NCBI GenBank assembly: GCA_977018835.1
Contig: OZ361256.1
Span: 992,001-1,056,000, forward strand
Source of the DNA: Minutocellus sp. GHC0000111
Taxonomy: Eukaryota
Reading direction: 5' to 3'
DNA: 64,000 bases
Shown: positions 11,741 to 21,037 of the stretch, one piece after another
Position numbering within the stretch: the stretch's first letter is position 1
Layout of the letters: each line of letters begins with the position of its first letter
Position numbers and translations under genes: made by a program
Notes under the pieces: generated by a model
What the model was told of the DNA's origin: nothing
Database searches by the model: none
The model's input: only the letters and a program-made list of their open reading frames with translations

Positions 11741-12970
11741 CTACACATCATATTCCTCATACACGTGCTCTTCTTCTTCCGCGAAGTAATAACCGTCTTC
11801 GTACTCGCAATCGCAATCGCAATCATCGATAAATCCATACCAGTCGTCGTCCAAGATATCCTCGTCGAAATCAAAATCTCCTCTCATGACGCTGAGGAGT
11901 AGGCTTGACAATGTCTTGGTTTCCTCTGAGACGCATTCGTCATCTTCTTCGTTGCCGTTCTCCATCGCATCGATACTACTATTAGCATCATACTCATCTG
12001 GAGTTGGGTACTCGCAAGCTTCATCCCAAATGAATGTAGATAGACGATGCGACAAATCCCATTCGTCGGTCGCATCACTTTTGTCGGCATCGAATAGATC
12101 ATCGTAGATGGAGTTGGCTTCGTCGTCCCAGCTCTCCACCTCCATCAGGGCGCCGATTTGATCCAACTTGGCTAGTACCTCAGAAAGAGTTAGGTGACCC
12201 CGAAGACCCGATTGGGTTGAATCCTTCTGCGCAAGCCAGCTCGAAAGGGAATAGAATCCGATGAAAGATTGTAGCCACATGAATGTGCCGTCGGGTTGTG
12301 CGACGATGTTGAAGGTGTGCCCAAATATGAGCTCGTCATTTTCTGGGAAGAAATTAATTCGATAGACTGAACGCTTGTGAACACCACCGCTTTCTTCTCC
12401 CTGCGAATGGCGGCATACCAAATGGTCGGAAAACGCACCCACGCCCTCGTTGGGGTGGTAAGTAGGAGAGGTAGCGAAAGAATCATCATCTCTTCCGAGC
12501 ATTACATAATTCAGCTCGTTGCTCGCCACCCTGGCACCGCAGAAATAGGCAGTGACTGCGTGCTGTGTGGTAGCACACCTCGTCACTCTGAGGGATTCCA
12601 TCATCATAGTTCCCTGCCTCCAGTCCACGTCCTCGGCTGCCGCAGCGTCAAGAAGATCCGCGTCGATAACCTTGCTGGCGGCGATTCCACTCATCATCCG
12701 ACGAACCAGGAGCGTGTCTCCCTTGAGCTTGGACCAGTGCTCTTCTGGAGCAGTACTGGCAGCCGGGACCCGATCGTTGGCCAGCGGATTCCACAATGCT
12801 CCTCCTGAGGAGATGAAACTTCGAACCGCCAGCAAAGTACCGAGAATGACGACAAGGTACTGGAGTGCGAGGCGAGGTGGTGGCGATAATAACGGCCAGG
12901 TCCCCGTTTGGGCTTTCCTGGCCGCTGCCGCATCTCTATAGATGGTTCCGTCTCCTCCGATGTAGACCAT
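11741..12970 (-). CDS. Single-pass membrane protein with candidate papain-like Cys-His-Gln domain and acidic tail
   Basis: Open frame from MVYIGGDG, one TM segment, motifs TRCATT / GHTFNIV / WLQSFIGFYSLSSWL, D/E/Y-rich C-terminus. Confidence 0.6.
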   Translation of the reverse strand: MVYIGGDGTIYRDAAAARKAQTGTWPLLSPPPRLALQYLVVILGTLLAVRSFISSGGALWNPLANDRVPAASTAPEEHWSKLKGDTLLVRRMMSGIAASKVIDADLLDAAAAEDVDWRQGTMMMESLRVTRCATTQHAVTAYFCGARVASNELNYVMLGRDDDSFATSPTYHPNEGVGAFSDHLVCRHSQGEESGGVHKRSVYRINFFPENDELIFGHTFNIVAQPDGTFMWLQSFIGFYSLSSWLAQKDSTQSGLRGHLTLSEVLAKLDQIGALMEVESWDDEANSIYDDLFDADKSDATDEWDLSHRLSTFIWDEACEYPTPDEYDANSSIDAMENGNEEDDECVSEETKTLSSLLLSVMRGDFDFDEDILDDDWYGFIDDCDCDCEYEDGYYFAEEEEHVYEEYDV

Positions 12971-13402
12971 AGTGGCAGAAATCAGCTTCAAGTCGAAGGA
13001 GTGGGTGGTAACTTTGCAACTTTGGATCAAGGATTTCGAATGGCAGGAAGCTCTGGCTGCCACCAATGCCAGGACACGTCATAAAGAAAACTATGGCAGC
13101 AAAGATACGCCGAGGCGGCAGAGACTGAGCGTATCGAAGGAGATATTCAGCAAAGGTAAGCCAGCAAAACATCGTGCTACACATATGATTAGCACCAGCT
13201 AATTCTTGACTGAACGCAGTCTCGGGCCTTGGTGTGGCTTTCTTCGGGCATGAGAGAAACAGTGCCATTGTAGCCTCATCTTCCGCTCATCTCTCCACTC
13301 ATCTTTCTGCCGTGGCCTTCCCGCCACCCCACAGCTTCGGGCGGCCCAGCATTCTATCCTCTCAATTTTCTTTACGCGCAAAACATACTAGCTAGTAATT
13401 CA

Positions 13403-13966
13403 ATGTCGCTTGCTCCCATAATGGTCACCTCTCGAGTCAAGTGCGTCACGACGCTCCACACCTTTCCAGGGATGAGCGAGACGAAGACGACTTTCTCCAA
13501 GCTGAGCAGACCATCGTCGCCGTCGCCCCCTCCCACACTCATCACTGACACCACCAACAACGAAGAGGACTTCAATCAGTACGAGTATGTGACCACACAC
13601 GCCCCAAGAATCATGGCCGAAGCGATGATTGAGGTCGTTGGTGATCCAAGGTCTGATGCCTATCTCTGCTACTCGTGTCGACTCAAACCCAACCATAGGA
13701 TGCTCAACAGATCCGTTATTCTGGGAGCGGTCCCAAGTCCACCCAGGAAGGGAAAACGGCCTCGATCACCCACGGTCTTCCTCACCCTTGCTCCCTGCTG
13801 CAGAGATGAGGAGTGCCAGTCCCTGGTCCGGTCTGTCAACGACAACTTCATTCAAGAGGTTGCAACCGCCAGGAGCCCCGTGACAAAGATGCTTCCCGTA
13901 GGGTCCAATGCCAACAAGTTGATGGAGGATCTAGAGACCGAGATTGCTCAATCTCTGACCCTATGA
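13403..13966 (+). CDS. Hypothetical protein with CxxC and CCxxxxC
   Basis: 187-aa ORF with ATG, followed by AT-richer UTR-like sequence; no family recognised. Confidence 0.45.
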   Translation: MSLAPIMVTSRVKCVTTLHTFPGMSETKTTFSKLSRPSSPSPPPTLITDTTNNEEDFNQYEYVTTHAPRIMAEAMIEVVGDPRSDAYLCYSCRLKPNHRMLNRSVILGAVPSPPRKGKRPRSPTVFLTLAPCCRDEECQSLVRSVNDNFIQEVATARSPVTKMLPVGSNANKLMEDLETEIAQSLTL

Positions 13967-14547
13967 GCTGATGGGGAATGATATGATAGCTATTACATCA
14001 ACCAACAACAAGAAGCACGTCGCCAATTCGTGCGCTCATCGTCAAGCAAAGGAGAAAGAGGACTTTGGGGATATAGATGCACATATTTTTACATACACAT
14101 CGGGCGTTCATTGAGTGAGTGCTGCGAACGATTCGCACCGCCGCTGATACGACTGCAACACAACATTACTGCTACCGCTAATTCATCATGATGCCAAAAG
14201 AGAGATTCAAATAGATACATGGGATGAATATGAGATGGTAAAGTAACATTACATTTGGGAATTCAATACTATCGTGAGTGTGTGGCTTCCGTACTCATGA
14301 TACTCAAGATTTACCAGGTCTATTCTGGCACACTACGATCGTATTCGTACTGAAAACGCAGACAATATTCGCCACATCACCACATCACCAGCTCTTTGGA
14401 ATTCGTTTCCATGTCTAATCCAATCCTCATATCATGAAAAGGCAACCCATCGCCACTGTCTCTCCTCAGAGCCGGATGCGTGTAGTGACAGCATATGAAT
14501 CGCAAAAGAATGGATGCGCACCAACCAACCAACTAATCAACTAACTC

Positions 14548-15357
14548 TCAAAAGGAGGCAGCTTGCTGCTTCTCCGCCTTTTGTACTGCCAGCGCCATTT
14601 GCTCGGCATACTCCTGGAAGCTGATGAAGCCATCATTATCATGGTCAAAGTCGTCAAAGCGAGGATAATCCTCCGGCTTCATCCCAGGATAGTTCGAAAG
14701 ATAATCTCGAATGTACATGTTGAACTCTGCCCGACTGATGCGATCGTCCCCATCAATGTCAGGCTGCTTGAATTCATCGTAATCTCTCTGAACCGCCTCC
14801 AATTCGTGCTCCTCCGTCAGTCCCTTTATGGCATCACCCAACGTTTTGATATACGCCTCCAGCTCGGCATTAGTCTCCTGCAGTTTTTTGACGTCGTTGC
14901 AATACTGCGTGTACAATTTCTTCTGTTCCGCCTTGTGCTTGATCGTCATCTTTTTTGTAGCTCGGCCGGAATGGATTTTGGCACCAAGTAGCCAACCACC
15001 GAAGCCCGTCGCGATTATTTTGCCAATACCAGGTCCACTTCAGTGCGAGAAGATGTTACGCGCAAAAGTGACTTGAATGCGTCAGTAAAAACTTGTGGAG
15101 AGGCGATTCAAAGGATAAAACTGATGAAACGATTGTGGAAATTAGAAGATAAACTCACCCTCCAGCTCCAACGGCTTTCTCCTGCTGCTTGGCAGCATAG
15201 TTGGCGTACCGAGGTACAGATCATCCTGCGTGTCCGCATAGTCAGCGTAGTTCTCCTCTTGCCCATACGACCCATAATCCTGCGCATGACAACTCGATGA
15301 ATCCTGTGAAAGCGACGCAGCCGCGACGGCAAGGAGGAAAGCGCCGGTCCGTTTCAT
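14548..15357 (-). pseudogene. Signal peptide + TM + coiled-coil + EF-hand protein, frameshifted by an 8-bp insertion at ~15207-15216; intron 15038-15158
   Basis: Paralog of 15516-16555 (GFGGWLLGAKIHSGRATKK; DIDGDDRISRAEF; DHDNDGFISFQEY). DDLY|ANYAAK is split by an extra CCTCGGTA. Confidence 0.8.
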
Positions 15358-15515
15358 CGTTTTCTTGGGGCAACTCGAGCTGGAAGTGGAATGTTGAGGT
15401 TGCCCTTCGTATCGTATCGTCCCTTCGTGCGTGTTTCGTCTTTCCGTCGCTCGGCTCCACACTTGGCGTCGCGCGTCGCATGTTATTGCACAAAATCCTC
15501 CAGCTGCCAGCAACC

Positions 15516-16555
15516 ATGAGGCGACCGATCCTTGCTATGTTTGCCGCTGTGGCGTCAGTTTCCTTTGCTCAAGACTACGGGGACAACTACGCCGATTACG
15601 CTGACAGCCAAGATAATCTGTATGCCAACTATGCTGCCAAGCAGGAAGCCAAGGCAGTGTAAGTCGACTGCGTATGTATGTATGTGTTCCACGCGGAGCT
15701 GAGCTGGATGTATGTTGTATGATTGGATTGATATGCATGCAGTTCTGACTGATCACTTACCAACTCCCCCCTTTTGTTGCGCCGACTGCAAAGTGGTGGA
15801 GGCGGCGGAGGAGGCTTGCCGAAGCTTTTAGCAGCGGGATTTGGCGGCTGGCTGCTGGGGGCAAAGATTCACTCTGGCCGTGCCACGAAGAAGCTCAAGA
15901 AGGTCCATCAAAAGGAACAAAAGAACCTGTATACACAGTACTACAACGACGTATACAAGCTGCAAGAGAAGAATGCTGAGCTACAGTATACGGCCAACTA
16001 TCTCAAGGAGCAGCTGGAGGCAACTCAGCGTGACTATGAGGACGAGAAGACACAGAGGGATTACGATGAATTCAAGCAGCCAGATGTCGATGGGGACGAT
16101 CGCATCAGTCGGGCGGAGTTCAATATTTATGTCAAGGAATATCTGTCGAATTATCCTGGTCTCAAACCTGAGGACTATCCCCGCTTTGAGGACTTTGATC
16201 ACGACAATGGTAGGTTCAAGATTTTTGAGATCTTGGCGGGCAACATTCCATGATTTCTTCTACTTTTGTAATCTGTTTCGTTTTCACAGCGCTCACCACA
16301 ATTTGTATCTTAACAAACTTTTGCGTCGATGGCACACTATAAATAGATGGCTTCATCAATTTTGCGGAGTATTCGCAACAAATGGCGTATCAAACGAAGC
16401 AGGCAGAGCAAGAGACATATGAGCAGGCTCGTCGTGGAAATGCAGCGGAGGCCCAGCGATCCAATTTCAAAGCAGATGCATTGAGAGGTCTCTCGGGAGA
16501 GACTCGTCGGGCAGACAACTTTGATGATTTGTACGCCAACTATGGGCGTTACTGA
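15516..16555 (+). CDS. Signal peptide + TM + coiled-coil + two EF-hands; introns 15659-15793 and 16210-16346
   Basis: MRRPILAMFAAVASVSFA signal; EF loops DVDGDDRISRAE and DHDNDGFINFAE after splicing; stop at 16553-16555. Confidence 0.85.
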
Positions 16556-17036
16556 AAATGGAATTTGTTGAAAGATTCAAAATGATACACATGTACGATG
16601 AATGGAGTGGTGGTGTGGTGGATGGATGATTGAGAAGGCTGTATCGGTCGGAAACTGGGAGAGCTGACTATCGTTTGTCAATAAGCGATAGTCATTCACC
16701 GGCGCTAGATTCGAAATTCTATGAACAGCTATTTGTAGATCTACACGCAAGTTACCTCGGTACCATACCATCGTCGGTAGCCACTTGTTTTGATGTGCAA
16801 AGCTTCTGGAGGCAGGCATGGGCCGCACACACACATACATTACATACATACCTACGTAGGTACGTACATACAACATGCCTTCACGTCATTTTGACATCAT
16901 GTAGAAAGTGCGTGCGTGGTCACCTTATTTTTGGCGGCACCTGCATCGTCGCGTCGACGACTAGGCCTACCTAGGTATTGCCTGCCAGTCTGCCGGTGTC
17001 ATCATTCCACCACCAGCATAACGCCCAGAGTTTGCC

Positions 17037-18281
17037 ATGAGGACGACTCTATTGCCCGCCGCTTCGGCGGCGTGCTTGTTGGGGGTGGCCTTCGCGTACC
17101 AATCGTCGCCTGTGGCCGTCCCATCCATACGACGTACGTCACTGCACATGTCCGCGTCGTTACCGGTGGGTGGTCCGATACCGCAACCGCAATTGTCAAA
17201 GACGGCAGCGGCACGAAGGGCACTGTTTGGTGGTGCCCGGTACCAGCCAACTTCGTCGACGTCTCTGAACGCAGCAGCTTCGGCGGCAGCCATTTACCAT
17301 TCGCCGGACGAATCTGACGACTCCGAGAAACCGTTCAACCCCGGCCCGTACTTTGAGTTTGGCAACTCCGGCCTGAAGTTGAATTGGTTCGGCGCAATCT
17401 ACGGCACGGTGGCAATATCTCTGGGAATCATCTGGTACGCTTCGCTGTGCGCTTGTCAGTTGATGTACTGGATTACTAGAGGGAAGGTGGACAAGCATCG
17501 ACGAGTGCCCGTTACTTTCAGTCAAATTTGGGGCATCACGCTGATGAACTTAATGGGTTGCACCCCCAAGGTGACCGGACTGGACAACATTAAGAAGGTA
17601 TTCAAGGAAAATGGGTGAGTTTTCTTTGCAGTGGTAGTTTCAAACTTTTGTGCTGCCTTTGGCCTAATGACATCGACAAAGCGAATCCATTCTCTAATGT
17701 TGCAATCTCTCCATCGCTCTCGAAACAGAGGACCTGTCATGTTTGTTGCCAATCACTGTTCCTGGATGGACATTCCCTTTGTCGGTGTGCATGTGGGCTG
17801 GAGAAATTATAAGATGATCGCCAAACAGGAGCTATTGAAGGTGCCCATTCTATCCAAGTCCCTCTCGGTGGCCGGACACGTTATGTTGGACCGTTCTTCT
17901 CGCAGAAGTCAGTTCAATGCATACAAGAAAGGTGTTCAATATCTCAAGGATGGGGTGAATCTTGTCACCTTCCCCGAGGGAACGCGCAGTCGCGATGGTC
18001 GCCTCGGCCCGTTCAAGAAGGGTGCTTTCAAGATGGCAGAGGCGGTGAATGCCCCGATTGTGCCCATGACGATTGGATATGCTCACAAAGTCCAGCCTCT
18101 GGACTTTATTTTCCCAGTCCGCCGAAGCCGATCCATTCCCGCAACCATTCATTTTGGCGAGGCCATTGATACCGCCGGGAAGAAGGACGAAGAGGTCATG
18201 GAGGCGGTGTGGAATGAAATCGCTGCTGATCTTCCGGAATCGCAAAAACCATTGGAAGGAACTCCCAAGGCTGTGAATTAA
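17037..18281 (+). CDS. LPAAT: Plastid-targeted 1-acyl-sn-glycerol-3-phosphate acyltransferase (LPAAT/PlsC); intron 17615-17728
   Basis: NHCSWMD and [17 protein letters not shown] motifs; signal peptide plus transit-like presequence. Confidence 0.92.
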
Positions 18282-18428
18282 TTTCAGGAACATGCACATG
18301 AAACCGGTAACGCGCTCTCGGAGGTCAAAATGCTAGCTATTAGCTCCTAGGTCTGAAAAACGACAAATATAGTGGATATAGATAGAGCACATTATTACTC
18401 TTGGCACAGGGTGCATTGTACGATGAAA

Positions 18429-19472
18429 TTAATCGTTGGACCAAATAAACTCTTCGATGGATCCCCTCAAGGAAGGCCGTCCACTTGGCGTGCTGCTGGG
18501 ATATTGGGTCGGTGTGGCCGTGGGTGCATTTGTTGGCGCCAATGAGGGTCTCGACGAGCTGATCCTCGATACTGCACTCAACGAGTCACATGCCGATGTA
18601 GAACCTTGCAGCGTAAATGTAAAAACACCAACTGGTAGCACCTGCAGACTGCTTTCCCCTTCGCTAACAAATACCGCATCCTCATCATCATTTGCCATGA
18701 AGGGGGAAATTGGTTCCTGAGGACTGGTCGGGGCATTCCCTAGAGAATATCTATCACCCTCTTCTGTACCGGCATCCCAGGGATAAACGTAGAGCTCAAT
18801 CTCACGGTACCACGTTCCAGTATTATCATCCCAGAGGCGAAGATTGTAAAGACCACTGAAGGGCGTGGGAGCAATCATGCTAATTGCGGACACATACGGG
18901 TGATCTTGATCGACGCAGATCCCACTTACGGAAGACTCGGCACCTTCAAAGGCGTTAGGAATCATGGGTCCCACAGCGGAGCTTAGAACATAATTGTTGT
19001 TTTGTTGCTGTGTTCGGATTTCGCTCATCAGCAGACGGGTACTACCGGTTTCGCTTATGAGCTCAACACCTGGCGATGCCATGCCGCCATTTCCCCACAG
19101 AGTATATCCTGAGGAATGGGTGGCGTACTGGTGGAAGTGAAAACAATAGGGTAAGAATATTTTCATGTTGATAGAATTGTCAACCAACATCAAAGTAAGC
19201 TCCCTAGCTAGCTCAGCAACAAACACAACAGAAAGATTACTACTTACGACAAAGGGCGACCAGTGTTCACTGCCATTTGGATAGCGATAGGGGTGATTGT
19301 CCTCGATCCATAGATTGTCAAAGGTCGCATCGAAGGTGGCTGGTTGATTCTTGTTCATGGTGCTGGGCTCATGTCGGATCGTCTCGAAGTTGAAGCTGTC
19401 TTGGCCCTTTGCCAGACGGACGATTGTAGCGATCGAGATGAGGACGCAACGGAGGAGATGATAGGTCTTCAT
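18429..19472 (-). CDS. Secreted Spondin_N domain protein; intron 19128-19247
   Basis: HWSPFV|YATH, ASPGVELISETG, SMIAP, YPWDAGTE motifs; signal peptide; PS/T-rich tail. Confidence 0.8.
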   Translation of the reverse strand: MKTYHLLRCVLISIATIVRLAKGQDSFNFETIRHEPSTMNKNQPATFDATFDNLWIEDNHPYRYPNGSEHWSPFVVSSNLSVVFVAELARELTLMLVDNSINMKIFLPYCFHFHQYATHSSGYTLWGNGGMASPGVELISETGSTRLLMSEIRTQQQNNNYVLSSAVGPMIPNAFEGAESSVSGICVDQDHPYVSAISMIAPTPFSGLYNLRLWDDNTGTWYREIELYVYPWDAGTEEGDRYSLGNAPTSPQEPISPFMANDDEDAVFVSEGESSLQVLPVGVFTFTLQGSTSACDSLSAVSRISSSRPSLAPTNAPTATPTQYPSSTPSGRPSLRGSIEEFIWSND

Positions 19473-19832
19473 TCTAAACGTGGGAATTCAAGTGATTATA
19501 TGCACTTTTCTTAACTTGATGTTTTTTGTATAAGCGTGCTGCGCACTCGTACTACGTGCTAGTAGTTGTGGAGACGAGGGAGGTTCCTTCGTCCCGCCTC
19601 GACGCATCTCGGAAGTTGGTTTTCAGCTCGAGCAGGAGAGCTTTTCGGGCCGAAGATCGATTCATCTCATCAAAAGCTCCGAATTTTGCAGTTTTCGGGC
19701 CATTTCGCGATTTTTCTGCAACATTGATCTGCCGATGCCCCTGCAGCCCTGCCTGGCAGATTTTGCTTTTGTTCAGATACACCTCTTTGCTTCGTTATTC
19801 CCAACAACAACCACCACTACCACCACCTCACA

Positions 19833-20726
19833 ATGGCTCGTTCCGCATCGACCGCTCGCAAGGCCAAGGCCACCAAGAAGACCACCGTCGTCGCCGGTGG
19901 CAAGTCCTCGTCGTCGTCCTCCTCCAACAAGAAGAGCGGCAGCGCCAACGCCTCCCGATCCGCTGGAAAGGGCGGCAACAAAACCCAGCAGCCTCGCCGG
20001 ACCAAGAAGGAGGCCGTCAAGAAGGCCAAGACGGACGAGGAGGAGATGGACGTAGAGGAGACCAAGCCCATGATGGAGGTCGATGTCAATCCTGCCTCGT
20101 CGTCGGAGTCCGAGTCCGAGGATGAAAACGTGAAGGCCAAGGGCAAGAAGACGACCAAGGGCAAGAAGGCCGATGCCGCCGCCACCAAGAAGAAGACTGG
20201 TGGCAGCGACGGCAAGCGCACCCTCCGCGCACGCAAGAAGGTCCACTACGAGGACGATGCCAGCCTCAGCGGCAGCGATGAGGATGATGAGGGCAAGGTG
20301 AGCATCATCATCGTCATATTATTTTCATCACATCGTTGCTGTATGATTAGAATATCTACTTTTGTCATACTTATTTCTCATTTTACATTGATTCATTCAT
20401 CATATACACCCATTCTCGCACCACAGCTGTCGGATGGTGAGTCCGATGAGGAGGAGGAGGCTCCCGTTGCCAAGAAGAAGAGGAAGACCGTCGCCAAGGT
20501 CAAGGCCGCCGTCAAGGACAAGGTCAAGAAGAAGACCACTGCCGCTACTACTACCACCAAGGCGGCCAAGAAGAGGGGCATCCTCACCAAGCGTGGCCCT
20601 TCCACTCCCACCACCGATCCCGAGGAGAGCGCCGACGAGAACAAGACTTCGGACTATACCACCAGTGGCACCGGTACCAGCTTCGGTGGAGGGGACTGGA
20701 GGTCCTTCTGCGCGGTTGATTGGTAA
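19833..20726 (+). CDS. Lys/Glu/Ser-rich disordered, probably nuclear protein; intron 20298-20426
   Basis: Strong codon bias (AAG/GCC), alternating basic and acidic tracts, an RKKVHY motif; a GT..AG intron removes the non-coding-like hydrophobic stretch. Confidence 0.7.
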   Translation: MARSASTARKAKATKKTTVVAGGKSSSSSSSNKKSGSANASRSAGKGGNKTQQPRRTKKEAVKKAKTDEEEMDVEETKPMMEVDVNPASSSESESEDENVKAKGKKTTKGKKADAAATKKKTGGSDGKRTLRARKKVHYEDDASLSGSDEDDEGKVSIIIVILFSSHRCCMIRISTFVILISHFTLIHSSYTPILAPQLSDGESDEEEEAPVAKKKRKTVAKVKAAVKDKVKKKTTAATTTTKAAKKRGILTKRGPSTPTTDPEESADENKTSDYTTSGTGTSFGGGDWRSFCAVDW

Positions 20727-21037
20727 ATTTGCGTACATCGACACGGCGTCGTGTCATTGCTCTTTATGTTTTGAGATTGAGATAGTAGTGCAGCCACAAC
20801 CGCCACCTCTCGGGTGTGCCGAGGAAAAGATTGATTGCGCAATCGGGGTGCACAATTCCAACCTTTCTCTATTCTCGGCAAAGTACCGATCGAGGAGGTG
20901 ATATGATATTATTCTAGAGAGGGACGGGAGGAGGACGGTCTTGTACATCGTCTTTGTATGCCTTCCGAACAATAGAATAAGCTGCAATGTAGAAAGACAA
21001 TTGAACTGTATCCGAATGACTCCTGCTATGTAGTCGT

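Noticed and set aside
426..20426. Stop-free 3n introns (426-593, 19128-19247, 20298-20426) as a regulated retention system
   Set aside because: Only three among more than twenty introns; compatible with chance for short introns.
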